DNA of 64,000 nt. Source: Candidatus Margulisiibacteriota bacterium. GTDB lineage: Bacteria; Margulisbacteria; Marinamargulisbacteria; SXXA01; SICP01. The stretch covers positions 12,442 through 76,441 of the forward strand of contig SICP01000003.1 in the NCBI GenBank assembly GCA_009691415.1, in the 5' to 3' direction. Made by a program: the position numbers and the translations under genes. Below, one piece after another: positions 40,384-49,728 of this stretch (its first letter is position 1; each line of letters starts with the position of its first letter). Below the pieces are notes generated by a model. The model was not told the DNA's origin and ran no database searches. It saw nothing but the letters and a program-made list of their open reading frames with translations.

Positions 40384-42994
40384 AATAACAAGTGCTCCAG
40401 TAGTTACAGTTTTTGCACAGCTCATTTCGATGCGTATGCATGTGTTCTAATTTGGGGTGTAACGTTGGGCTGAAATAGCCTTCTGTTAGGAGGTCTTGAA
40501 GGGTGCAGAGGTGTTGGATGAGTCGGTTGTGGAAGTCTGATTCTAGTATGTAGGGGCGTTTTCTGCCGAGGTCTAAACTCTGTTTGCCTTCTTCTGTGAC
40601 GAAGAGGATGCTTTTGGTGATATTTTGAGCATCTTTGAGTTGGTAGAGTATCCCTGCGATGCAAGAGGCTTCGGGGTATTTTTCTTGGGCGATGAGGTGA
40701 TAGATGGGGAGTTGGAGGCTTCGGAAGTTTTTGATGTCGGAACCAGTGGGGAGATGTTTGCCGGTTTTGTAGTCCAGTACAGCGATGCAGTTTCCGGTGG
40801 GGTCGCGAAGGAGGACGTCGATTTTTCCGGAGAGGGTGAGGGTGTCTGTGAGTTTGTGGGGAGAAAAGCTGACTTCGTACTGATTGGGGACGAGTTGGAG
40901 GGGGTGGGAGAGCTCGGTGTTGAGGAAGGCGTCTAGGAGTCCGGGTTGGGTGTCGGTGCCGAATAAAAGGTGGTGTTTGATGTCCCAGAAGGCGTTGGGT
41001 TCTGCGGTTTTTCTGAATAGGATTGTGGCGATGGTGACGAGTCGATTTCGGAGCGCTGGCTGATTTTCTGGGTGAAATGCTAGGGGGTTTTCGTTGAGGC
41101 TTTCGTAGAATTTTTGGAGAATGCTGTGGATGAGGATTCCCCAAATATGAGCAGGGATTTCTTCTATTGAAGGGTCTTCTGCGTCTTCTTTTAGTATGTA
41201 TTTGTGGTAGTAGTGGTAGGGGCAGGATTGGTAGGTTTCGAGGTGGGATGCCGAGAGGGGGCCGGTGGGTATGTGGGGGAGAGCGTTGAATGTAGGTTGG
41301 TTGGGTCGCAGAGGCTCGTTTTTCCCAAGATTAATAAGAGTTTGCTTGGTGCTGATATAGGTCGTGGTTGGATTTGGAGAGATGGGTAATTCCCAGTCTA
41401 AATAGGTGCGGAGGAGGGTGAGGAATGGGGAGGGGAGAACGGGGGTGTCGTCATGCATTTTTGTGGCGGAGAGAATGACGTTTTTTGTAGAGGTTATGGC
41501 GGTCAGTAGACAGTAGAGGTCTTGTTGATCGTTGTCTTTTTGTGTGGGCCAGTCTAATTTTTCTCTGAGGGTGATGGGGCAGAAAAGATTTTCTTGGAGC
41601 AAGCTTGGCCATTGGCCTTGGGTGAGGCCGAGTACGAATAGTTGGTTTTTTTGAATGCCGACGCTGTTGCTTTTTTCGATAATGGTGATGCCTGTTTTAG
41701 AGATTTCTTTTGGCGGAATGGTTTGTATTTCGCTAAGAACTAATTTCAAAATAGTTTCGAGGTTTTGCAAGGTGTATGTGTTGCCAAATAGGGTGAGGTA
41801 GTGGGTTTGCAGGGTTTGTAATTGTTGCAAAATGGTGTCGTAAATTTCTTTTATTTGTTGGGCTTGTTGAGGGTCTAAACTCTCTTGATTGAAGCGGCCT
41901 GTGATTTGAAAAAAGTGCATTAATTTTATAATAGTTTGGAGTGCCTGTTCGCAGGTGGGGGCAGCTTGTATTTCTTGGCAGTGACTTAAAATAACGCGTT
42001 CCGTTTCACGTGAAACGTGCTGGGGATGATTGAGAGGGTCGGTTAAGAATTTCGAAAGATTTCGGAGGTCAGAAGTGTTTTTTGCTAGGGCGATGAGATT
42101 GCATAACCAGTAGGCGAAAGGATGACTGGCGATGGTTTGTGTGTGGGTGCTTGTGAAGGGAATTTTGTGTGATTTTAGTGCTTTTTCTAGGTGGGGTAAG
42201 TAGGCTTTGTTTGGGATTATAATGGCGATGTTGTCGGATGTTTGTGTGCTTTCTAGAATTTGCTCACACGTGAGTTGGATTTCGTGGTCGATGCTATCGG
42301 GTGAAATGAGGATTGGAGGGGTAGTTTGTTCGCCTGATATAGGAATAGTGCGATGGGGGCCTGTCAGTGAATTGTGCCAGTTTAAGAATGGAATTGTGGC
42401 TTGATAAAGAGAGTCTTTAGGATCGGTGTGGAGTAAGGTGGATGTGGATAATGCGTGTTCTAATGTCCAGGTGAGCAATTCTTTTTGATAGTCGTGGAGT
42501 TTCCAAAAGCCGACTAAGAAGATGTGTTTGTTTTGGACTTGTGTGGAGATGCTTTTTTTAAGGGAGTCTGATAGATGTCGGTAGTGCCAGAGTATGTTTT
42601 TTTGGGGCGGGGTTTGTGTGTATTTTTCTCGTAATTTTTCTGCTTGAAACGCGCGGTCGAGAGGACCTAAAAAGTGGGATTTATAGCGGTTGATATCGAA
42701 GGAGTGGATGAAACTTTCTGTGATGAATCTATCGGCGTGATCTAGGATGCCTCCGTCTTGGTTGAGCCATTTTTTGAGGGCTATTTTTTCGATGACGGCA
42801 TTGTTTTCTGGGGGGTGGTCTAGATTTTTCATGAGCCATTTGTCAAGCGTGATGGCGTGTGGGATTTCTTGTTTAAGTGTTTCTGTTGGTACAAGGATGA
42901 GGGTGTTTTTGGGTGGATTGAGTGAGAGAGTTATCCAAAAGCTGTTATTTTTATCTGGGGAGCCTTGTGTTTGGTAGAGGTAGTGCGCGGTCAT
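40361..42994 (-). CDS. AddB-like PD-(D/E)XK nuclease subunit with Fe-S cluster cysteines
   Basis: 877 aa. The C-terminal RecB-family nuclease has LSGKIDVLL..IAVLDYKTGK and four Cys (YQSCPYHYY ... CKNCNYWSTC), as in AddB/Cas4-type 4Fe-4S nucleases. No N-terminal Walker A seen. Overlaps neighbouring genes at both ends. Confidence 0.75.
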   Translation of the reverse strand: MTAHYLYQTQGSPDKNNSFWITLSLNPPKNTLILVPTETLKQEIPHAITLDKWLMKNLDHPPENNAVIEKIALKKWLNQDGGILDHADRFITESFIHSFDINRYKSHFLGPLDRAFQAEKLREKYTQTPPQKNILWHYRHLSDSLKKSISTQVQNKHIFLVGFWKLHDYQKELLTWTLEHALSTSTLLHTDPKDSLYQATIPFLNWHNSLTGPHRTIPISGEQTTPPILISPDSIDHEIQLTCEQILESTQTSDNIAIIIPNKAYLPHLEKALKSHKIPFTSTHTQTIASHPFAYWLCNLIALAKNTSDLRNLSKFLTDPLNHPQHVSRETERVILSHCQEIQAAPTCEQALQTIIKLMHFFQITGRFNQESLDPQQAQQIKEIYDTILQQLQTLQTHYLTLFGNTYTLQNLETILKLVLSEIQTIPPKEISKTGITIIEKSNSVGIQKNQLFVLGLTQGQWPSLLQENLFCPITLREKLDWPTQKDNDQQDLYCLLTAITSTKNVILSATKMHDDTPVLPSPFLTLLRTYLDWELPISPNPTTTYISTKQTLINLGKNEPLRPNQPTFNALPHIPTGPLSASHLETYQSCPYHYYHKYILKEDAEDPSIEEIPAHIWGILIHSILQKFYESLNENPLAFHPENQPALRNRLVTIATILFRKTAEPNAFWDIKHHLLFGTDTQPGLLDAFLNTELSHPLQLVPNQYEVSFSPHKLTDTLTLSGKIDVLLRDPTGNCIAVLDYKTGKHLPTGSDIKNFRSLQLPIYHLIAQEKYPEASCIAGILYQLKDAQNITKSILFVTEEGKQSLDLGRKRPYILESDFHNRLIQHLCTLQDLLTEGYFSPTLHPKLEHMHTHRNELCKNCNYWSTCYYDNRFNH
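42002..42017. promoter_or_regulatory. parS-like site CGTTTCACGTGAAACG (perfect 14-bp core, 14/16 overall)
   Basis: The palindromic core GTTTCACGTGAAAC is identical to that of the sites at 3293 and 4618. It lies inside the AddB-like gene (peptide ..HVSRETE..), about 23 kb to the right of dnaA. Confidence 0.5.
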
Positions 42995-44106
42995 TTTTTG
43001 TTCAGAATGAAGGCGATTATTTTTTCGGATGCGCTAGAGTTGTATTCGGCGGGGATTTTTTTGTGCGGCGTGAGCGGGGTAGTGTTTACAAATTGTTGGA
43101 GTGATTTGAAAATGTGTTCAGGGCTATTCTTATCTAAGAAGATGAGGTTTTTCCCAAGAAGTTTTTGTTGTTCTAAGAAGCGTTTTTTTGTGGATTGGGG
43201 CCCGAATCCTTCGAAGCAAATGACGGTTTTTCCCATATAAAAGGCTTGTTCGTTGGCTGTGCCGGAAAGTCCGCAGACAAGATGTGCGTGTTGAATGGTT
43301 GTGGCGAAATTAGTTTCTAATGGGATGAGTTGCGTGCCTTTTTGTAGGAAAGACTGGTTGTGTCGGGTGTGAATTTGCCAGCCCGTTTTAGGAATTTTTT
43401 TGGCGAGTATTTCTAGGTTGAGGTTGGGTGCTTTTGCAACGGTGAAAGTGAGCTCTGGTTTGAGGTCGCATTCGATGACGCGGAGCATATGGATGAGGTT
43501 ATTGTAGGCTTCTTCTCGCGAACCAGGTAAGAGTGCGATGCGGCCAGGTATTGCGGAAGTGGCTGTATTTTGGATGAGGTTGTCCATCATGGGATTGCCA
43601 AAAAAAGAGGCTGAAATACCGGCTTTTTTTAATGCGTTGGTGGTTAGTTTGTCTCGAGGGAAGACGTGTCTGGCGAGTGATTTTATGGTGTGTTTTTCTA
43701 TCCAGGAATGCTTCATAAATAGATCGCTTTTGGCGGTGGGCAAAAAATAGAGGGGCTTATGTTTAAGGGCTCTTGTCATCCACAAACAAAAGAGGTCGCC
43801 TACGCAAATGGTGAGATCGGGAATGGGAGAAATTTGCTTGATATGTTTATATTGTTTGATGTGATTTTGGAGGAGTCCTTTTTGTAAATCAAGCAAGAGA
43901 TCTTTGGGTGTTCTGATGAAGCCGCCGCTGGGAAAAATAGGATTTTTTAGAGTGGGGGTAAAGCCTTTTTGTTGGTAGATTAAGCCTTCACCGACTAGGG
44001 GGAGAACGGTGATATGGGTTTCTGGCGAGAGATGTTGAATGGCTTGTATGAGATTGCACGCGATGAAGTCTTCTCCGTATCCATTGGAAACGATGAGTAT
44101 GTTCAT
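42991..44106 (-). CDS. LpxB-related GT-B glycosyltransferase (lipid-A-disaccharide synthase-related family)
   Basis: Starts MNILIVSNGYGEDFIACNLIQAI and has a C-terminal GLSGTANEQAFYMGK pattern, resembling the cyanobacterial-type LpxB-related family as I recall it. The ATG at 44106 forms an ATGA overlap with the gmhB stop, so the longer listed ORF (to 44214) is unlikely. Confidence 0.55.
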   Translation of the reverse strand: MNILIVSNGYGEDFIACNLIQAIQHLSPETHITVLPLVGEGLIYQQKGFTPTLKNPIFPSGGFIRTPKDLLLDLQKGLLQNHIKQYKHIKQISPIPDLTICVGDLFCLWMTRALKHKPLYFLPTAKSDLFMKHSWIEKHTIKSLARHVFPRDKLTTNALKKAGISASFFGNPMMDNLIQNTATSAIPGRIALLPGSREEAYNNLIHMLRVIECDLKPELTFTVAKAPNLNLEILAKKIPKTGWQIHTRHNQSFLQKGTQLIPLETNFATTIQHAHLVCGLSGTANEQAFYMGKTVICFEGFGPQSTKKRFLEQQKLLGKNLIFLDKNSPEHIFKSLQQFVNTTPLTPHKKIPAEYNSSASEKIIAFILNKK

Positions 44107-44651
44107 GGGATGTAGTTGTCGACGGCGTCTAATAAGGTGGTTGCGGTGTAGTCTGGAGGTGTCGGGAATATTTGGTTTTTTGCGTGACCTGATTGGACTA
44201 AAATGGTTTTGCAACCGGCATTTTTTCCGGCTTGAATATCGGTTGGCATGTCGCCAATCATGAAGCAGTCTTTTGCAGAAAGTTGATAGTGTTCAAGTGC
44301 TCGCTTAATCATACCTGGATTGGGTTTTCTGTCGTCACAGTTTTTGAGGTAGGGGCCGATGCCGGCTTCTGGATGATGTGGGCAAAAATAGGTTTGGGTG
44401 ATGGTGATACTATGTTTTGAAAGTTCGCTTAGAATATGTTTTTGTACGGCATGAAAATCGGCTTCTGTAAAATAGCCTCGTCCAATACCGGCTTGGTTGG
44501 TTATAATAAATAAAAGGTACCCTGCTTTTTGTAGTTTTTTTAGGGCGGGGATGACGTCTTTTTCGAAGGTCACGTCCTCTGGTTTAAAGAGGTAGTTTTT
44601 TTCTTCGATAAGCGTGCCATCTCGATCTAGAAAAATCGCTTTTTTCTTCAT
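44103..44651 (-). CDS. gmhB: D-glycero-D-manno-heptose 1,7-bisphosphate phosphatase (HAD-IIIA)
   Basis: 182 aa. FLDRDGTLIEE, ITNQAGIGRGYF, the Zn-site pattern CPHHPE...C, DDRKPNPGM and GDMPTDIQAG. Confidence 0.85.
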   Translation of the reverse strand: MKKKAIFLDRDGTLIEEKNYLFKPEDVTFEKDVIPALKKLQKAGYLLFIITNQAGIGRGYFTEADFHAVQKHILSELSKHSITITQTYFCPHHPEAGIGPYLKNCDDRKPNPGMIKRALEHYQLSAKDCFMIGDMPTDIQAGKNAGCKTILVQSGHAKNQIFPTPPDYTATTLLDAVDNYIP

Positions 44652-44752
44652 GGATATTATTATGGTAGGTGTTTTTCTGGTGATGATGCAAGTTTTTTTG
44701 ATTTAAATTCGATAAATAGGGTATATATGTTTTATTCTTGTCCTAAAGTGAG

Positions 44753-45976
44753 GTGAGTCTTGTGAATGGCATTCAACTATCGCCTTCGTCTTTCTATAAT
44801 AATAAGCCTGTAGATCAATCTTCTGCACTTAATCAAATTAATCAAATCCTGTCGGAAGTTAAAGAAACCGATATGCCAGAATCCGTTAGAATGGTGATGA
44901 CGCAAATTCTTGATGGACTTCGTACGATGGCACAAAATCCAAATGCAGATACTTCATTTGAATCTGCATCGAGTGTTGCGGAATTATTTTTAGACGTCTG
45001 GGCTCCTAAAGCGGCCGAGGATGAGGCTGAGTTTGGGGCAGATTTAAAAAAAGAGTTTCCTGAATTTAGGTCAGCGGGACGTTCGATGATACTGACTAAA
45101 GATGCTGTTGCGGCTAAATATTCTTTAAGTAGTGGTAAAGGTCAGAATGCGAAGTCGTCTATTTTTTCTGGTGGAACAATGGCTATGGCCAGTCGAGAAG
45201 AGCTGGAAGAAATGGTGCGAGGTATTTTGAAGGGTGGTATTGAGGATATGAAAGAGCTCCGAGATCTGATGGTCTTGATGGGTATGTTGGGTATGCATAT
45301 CAGTGTTAATTTGCTTTCGGAAATTAAAGAGTGTCTCAAAGAATTTCTGAATGAGCTTTCTAAACTTACGGGGGATTTAGGGGACTTTTTGAAAGTTTTG
45401 CAAAGTATCAAAGATTTGGTGGGGCCTTTATTGGGGGATGATGCAGTTGATTCTCATTCACTAGTCCAGCAGAATTTTGATCTTGCTGCGGTAGATCCAA
45501 CACAAGATAAAGTTTTGACGGCTGAACTTGAGAAAATTGGTTTGACTGTGCCTGCTGCTCCTGCAAAAGAGTCGGAAGTACTCTATTTTGAAGATCCTGT
45601 TGTGATTTCGGTCCGTTTGGGTGGATATTACATGTCAATGTTTGATCGTGATTCTGTTGACTCGCAAGATGTGGGTGTAGAGGATGTGGGTGCATTGGAT
45701 GCATCTGTGGCGTCTTCGGATTCGGGCGGGTCTTCTGATGGAGAGTCTTCCGATCAAAACAATCAAGGCGAGCAGGATGTAAGTTCAGAAGAGTCTAAAA
45801 AAGCAGACGCAGTGAAGTCTGTTTTGGCTGATGTATATGAGATTTCTTCAGAGACTAAAGATAAATTTGTGAGCAAAATTTTAGATCCGTTTACAAAATA
45901 TTTAGGGTATAAAACAGAGAGTGCTTTGCAGGGTATTGATGATATTTTGGGTGATCATTGGGATCAGAATTTGTGA
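44753..45976 (+). CDS. hypothetical acidic protein, no recognisable domain
   Basis: 407 aa. No signal peptide. It has a central hydrophobic/amphipathic segment (LRDLMVLMGMLGMHISVNLL) and a Ser/Asp/Glu-rich C-terminal region. The GTG at 44762, preceded by GAGGTG, is a likely alternative start. Confidence 0.5.
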   Translation: MSLVNGIQLSPSSFYNNKPVDQSSALNQINQILSEVKETDMPESVRMVMTQILDGLRTMAQNPNADTSFESASSVAELFLDVWAPKAAEDEAEFGADLKKEFPEFRSAGRSMILTKDAVAAKYSLSSGKGQNAKSSIFSGGTMAMASREELEEMVRGILKGGIEDMKELRDLMVLMGMLGMHISVNLLSEIKECLKEFLNELSKLTGDLGDFLKVLQSIKDLVGPLLGDDAVDSHSLVQQNFDLAAVDPTQDKVLTAELEKIGLTVPAAPAKESEVLYFEDPVVISVRLGGYYMSMFDRDSVDSQDVGVEDVGALDASVASSDSGGSSDGESSDQNNQGEQDVSSEESKKADAVKSVLADVYEISSETKDKFVSKILDPFTKYLGYKTESALQGIDDILGDHWDQNL

Positions 45977-46842
45977 GGTATTTTAGTTTTTTTCTGTTAT
46001 TTTCGTGTTTGTTTTTTGTAGGTTGCGGCAAAGTTGTTCAGGATGTGAGTAAGACAGAAGAATCTGTTTTTTTTGATTTGAAATATCAAGTATCAATTGT
46101 TCCAACTTCATCGATTACGTCTGTCTATGCGCAGGTATTTGGATTAGATGCCAAGGCTAAGCGTACAGAATTGTCTTGGGGGCGTGCAGCGATTTCTTTT
46201 GATTCTGTTGTACCTACAAGTGGGAAAACGGTGACGCCGGTGCGTGTGTATCGGTCTGTTTCTTATCGAAAAGATGGGGTGAAATTGGCGGGTGCTTCGG
46301 AGCATACGTGGACGAAATTATCTGTGGGCACCAAAGGGCATCTTTGGCAGGGTGATAGCGTTAAAATTCGGTATGGATATTCCTATTATGTGGTGAGTGT
46401 GTTTGTTGATCCGGCCTTGTATAGCTTGAAAATTTTGGATGCTAAAACAGTGTCACAAAATCGTTTGATACAGGTCGACAAAATATCTGATTATGATACG
46501 TTTTTGGCCACGCTTTTTTTAATGTTCATTAAGCAAGATTCTGAAGTTATTGAGAAGCAAGATGTGATGACGCAATTGGCGCGTACATTTCCGAAGTCTT
46601 TTTTTGATGCGTTGGTTTATGTGCGACCTCGGAATCAGGCCGAATCTTTTAATTCGAGTTCACCTATATTTGAATTTTCTGGTTCCCTAGAAACAAGCTT
46701 GCTCACTATTTTTCAGATGGTGCAATCAGACCCGAAAGAGGCGGTTCGATATACGACTGATCTTAAGGCGGTGTGGTTGTCGAAAGAAAGTAAAAAGCAA
46801 TTATTGGTTGCTTTGAAGAGGTGGATTTCTTTTCCATTTTGA
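45973..46842 (+). CDS. hypothetical lipoprotein
   Basis: The GTG at 45973 overlaps the upstream stop (GTGA) and gives MRYFSFFLLFSCLFFVGCGK, a lipoprotein signal peptide with a lipobox Cys. No family recognised. Confidence 0.55.
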   Translation: MRYFSFFLLFSCLFFVGCGKVVQDVSKTEESVFFDLKYQVSIVPTSSITSVYAQVFGLDAKAKRTELSWGRAAISFDSVVPTSGKTVTPVRVYRSVSYRKDGVKLAGASEHTWTKLSVGTKGHLWQGDSVKIRYGYSYYVVSVFVDPALYSLKILDAKTVSQNRLIQVDKISDYDTFLATLFLMFIKQDSEVIEKQDVMTQLARTFPKSFFDALVYVRPRNQAESFNSSSPIFEFSGSLETSLLTIFQMVQSDPKEAVRYTTDLKAVWLSKESKKQLLVALKRWISFPF

Positions 46843-47346
46843 GAAATGGTAGGGATGCATGCCTTCTTTTTTGAGTTCACTTTTTTCTGTGCAATAGAAC
46901 CTATTTTGAAAGTCCGGAAAGTAGGCGTCGCATGTAATGGTGCTGTGGATTTCGGTTAGATAGAGTGTGGTGCATAGAGGGAGTTGAATAATTTGTGTGT
47001 AAAGCTGGCTGCCTCCGATAACAAAAATTTGATCGATGCTGTGTATTCTGCAGAGAGTAGGGAGTTCTGCTAGTAGATCTTGTAGGCTATTTTTGACGAG
47101 GACGTTGGGTATTATTAGATTTTGATTTCGGCTTATGACTACATTGAGTCGGTGTGGGAGTGGACGAAAAGCGTCTGGTAATGAGTCCCAAGTGATGCGT
47201 CCCATGATGACTAAATTTTGTGTGTTTGGTTTGCATGTGGTGGTTAGGGTGCGGAAATGCTGGAGATCTTCTTTGATGTGCCAGGCCATTTGGCTGTTGA
47301 TACCAAGGCCTCTATTTTGATCGAATGCGGCAACCAATGAAATCAT
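46801..47346 (-). CDS. folA: dihydrofolate reductase
   Basis: 181 aa. ISLVAAFDQNRGLGINSQMAWHIKEDLQHFRTLT, VIMGRITWDS and IFVIGGSQLY motifs. Confidence 0.9.
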   Translation of the reverse strand: MISLVAAFDQNRGLGINSQMAWHIKEDLQHFRTLTTTCKPNTQNLVIMGRITWDSLPDAFRPLPHRLNVVISRNQNLIIPNVLVKNSLQDLLAELPTLCRIHSIDQIFVIGGSQLYTQIIQLPLCTTLYLTEIHSTITCDAYFPDFQNRFYCTEKSELKKEGMHPYHFSKWKRNPPLQSNQ

Positions 47347-47408
47347 GTTTATAGAATCTCATGAAAATGTATTTATGAAAACTCTGGTGGTGTTGCTAGA
47401 CTAAGGTT

Positions 47409-48341
47409 ATGCGTAAAGTACAATGGCTTGTTTTGGTTGGATTTTTTTTCGGTACTTTTTTGTTTGCCAGTACGCCTGTTTTTACGCCGGATTCTGGTTT
47501 TCTTTTTTTGGACTCTGCGGGATTGTCTCTTTTGTCTGACCCGAGTGTTTTTTTATTTCAAAATCCTGCACGGCTGGTGGGTTCGGATCAGCATCATTTT
47601 CGTGTGTCGGCACAACAAGATTTTTTGGGATATAACCGGGTAATGGCGGGTTATGTTTTGCCGGCTCATGAGATGACCTTTGGGTTGGGGTATACGTCAT
47701 TTTACGCGTCAGATTTATCTCGAAATCGGTTGAATGGATATACTCGTCCAGAGGCAACGGGAGAGACGTTTTCGGACCGGTATGATGTGCTTCGTTTTTG
47801 TGCGGCGTTTCAGATTCAGCCTGGCTTGCGTGTAGCCGCTTCTGCGCAACAGTTAAAGCGTGAGTTATATAAAGATTCTGCAGAAGCGTATTCTGTAGAT
47901 GGTGGGGTTGCCTGGGATGTTTTGGAGGGGCTTAGTCTCGGTGTTTATTCTCGATATTTTCTAGGGACAGATTTAGTGTGGGATTTATCTGGTGCTTCGG
48001 AGACGTTACCGCGGGCAATTATTGCGGAAATGGTGTGGTCTCAACCTCAGTATGAGGCCTCTCTTTCGACCGATTTTTCGTCCTCACATTTTTTGGCGGC
48101 ATACGCGTTGGATCCCCATGTTTTGGTGTTTGGAGATGCGGTCTTTCATGATACCCTGTCGGTTGACCGTTTTGGCTTTGGAACGGCTTTGATTCTTGGG
48201 CCGGTTTCTTTGCAGTATATGCGGGTTAATTATACGGCAGAGTCTTTGGGAGCAGATCAAGATTTATTGACTCTGAGTGTAAAGTTCGGTGAAGCCATTC
48301 GGTTGTTGGAGCGTAGAGAAGGGAGTGTTTATGGAAATTAG
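47409..48341 (+). CDS. hypothetical secreted protein, possible small outer-membrane beta-barrel
   Basis: 310 aa. Signal peptide MRKVQWLVLVGFFFGTFLFAS, alternating hydrophobic beta-strand-like pattern, and a strand ..LLTLSVKF near the C-terminus. Confidence 0.5.
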   Translation: MRKVQWLVLVGFFFGTFLFASTPVFTPDSGFLFLDSAGLSLLSDPSVFLFQNPARLVGSDQHHFRVSAQQDFLGYNRVMAGYVLPAHEMTFGLGYTSFYASDLSRNRLNGYTRPEATGETFSDRYDVLRFCAAFQIQPGLRVAASAQQLKRELYKDSAEAYSVDGGVAWDVLEGLSLGVYSRYFLGTDLVWDLSGASETLPRAIIAEMVWSQPQYEASLSTDFSSSHFLAAYALDPHVLVFGDAVFHDTLSVDRFGFGTALILGPVSLQYMRVNYTAESLGADQDLLTLSVKFGEAIRLLERREGSVYGN

Positions 48342-49728
48342 TCGTCATAAAACATTACATTTTATTGGAATAGGTGGTTCTGGCATGAGTGCTATTGCAC
48401 GCGTGTTGGTGGAGATGGGATACAAAGTTTCGGGTTCAGATTTAAAAGAGAATTCCAATACGATTCGTCTTCGGGATATGGGCGCTAAAATTTTCTTGAG
48501 ACAGGATAGTCGTAATTTGCGTGAGGCCGATGTGGTGGTGGTGTCGACGGCAATTCCAGAAGACAATGCCGAGTATGCGTATGCCAAGCAGGAAAAGTTA
48601 ACGATCCTTCGGCGCGCTGAAATGTTAAATTTTTTAATGGTGCAATTTAAGCAGCGCATTGCTGTTGCGGGCACGCACGGAAAAACCACGACGACGTCGA
48701 TGATTGCGCGACTTTTGGTGTCTCTTCAACAACATCCCACGTATGTGATTGGTGGGGAATTAACAGATTATGGGAGTAATGCGTCTTTTGGGGATTCTCC
48801 TTATTTTGTTGCAGAAGCAGATGAAAGCGATGGGTCGTTTTTGATGTTGCATCCGACTATTGCTGTGTTGACCAATATCGAAGCGGAGCACATGGAGCAC
48901 TACAAATCTTTTGATAAATTAAAAGAGGCGTTTAGGCAATTTATGCAGGGTGTTTTGGATCGAAATGGGTATTTAATTTTGAATAAAGACGATGTTGTTT
49001 TGTCGGAGCTTTCTGTGAACTTCCCGGAAGATAAAGTGAGCTATTATAGCCTGGATACGTCTTCTGATTTAATGGCAAAAGATATTGTTCATACCCCACA
49101 GGGCGTGCGTTATACAGTTGTATTGGAAGGCAAAGTACAGGGCGAAGTGTTGTTGCAAGTTTTTGGTCGGCACAATGTTTATAATTCTTTGGCGGTTATT
49201 GCTTTGGGTCTTCGAGAAGGGTTCTTTTTGGAAGAAATTAAGACGGGGCTTAATATTTTTTGTGGAGCCAAACGTCGATTTCAGTTTATTGGTGAACATG
49301 CTGATATTCAAATTTATGATGATTATGGTCATCATCCTACAGAAATTATGGCTACGCTTGCTGCTGCCAAATCCAGTTTAGGACGTCGTGTGGTGTGTGT
49401 GTTTCAGCCGCATCGGTATAGTCGGACGCGGGATTTGCTAGAAGAATTTCCGGTTTCTTTTTTGGATGCAGATTTGGTGGTTATTACCGAAATTTATTCG
49501 GCCAATGAGAAAAAAATTAATGAGTTATCGGGTAAATTAATTATTGATAAGATGCAGGCGTCTGAGCAAAAAAAAGCATTTTTTGTGCCACGAAAAAGTG
49601 ATGTGGTGCCAGAGCTTTTACCCAAATTATTGCCGGGGGATGTGGTGTTTACGATGGGTGCGGGCGATATTTATACTGTTGGGAAAGAGTTGTTGATGCA
49701 GTTGAAAACGAGGGATAAATTATTTTAA
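48331..49728 (+). CDS. murC: UDP-N-acetylmuramate--L-alanine ligase
   Basis: Starts MEISRHKTLHFIGIGGSGMSAIA (ATG at 48331 preceded by GAGAAGGGAG). GTHGKTTTTSM P-loop and DDYGHHPTE motif. Confidence 0.93.
   Translation: MEISRHKTLHFIGIGGSGMSAIARVLVEMGYKVSGSDLKENSNTIRLRDMGAKIFLRQDSRNLREADVVVVSTAIPEDNAEYAYAKQEKLTILRRAEMLNFLMVQFKQRIAVAGTHGKTTTTSMIARLLVSLQQHPTYVIGGELTDYGSNASFGDSPYFVAEADESDGSFLMLHPTIAVLTNIEAEHMEHYKSFDKLKEAFRQFMQGVLDRNGYLILNKDDVVLSELSVNFPEDKVSYYSLDTSSDLMAKDIVHTPQGVRYTVVLEGKVQGEVLLQVFGRHNVYNSLAVIALGLREGFFLEEIKTGLNIFCGAKRRFQFIGEHADIQIYDDYGHHPTEIMATLAAAKSSLGRRVVCVFQPHRYSRTRDLLEEFPVSFLDADLVVITEIYSANEKKINELSGKLIIDKMQASEQKKAFFVPRKSDVVPELLPKLLPGDVVFTMGAGDIYTVGKELLMQLKTRDKLF

Noticed and set aside
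40422-41144. 240-codon ORF on the minus strand, out of frame within the AddB-like gene, encoding a Pro/Arg/His-rich product
   Set aside because: It overlaps a gene with clear nuclease motifs in another frame. The low-complexity P/R/H/T composition is what a G-poor, C/A-rich strand yields in an alternative frame. It is treated as a compositional artefact.
38365-42994. Helicase plus PD-(D/E)XK nuclease pair as a phage-defence module (Gabija- or Hachiman-like)
   Set aside because: The nuclease has the AddB-type Fe-S cysteine pattern and the size of a recombination-repair subunit. The genes share the native, strongly skewed composition and sit in an operon with housekeeping genes. There are no other defence or mobile genes in the operon.
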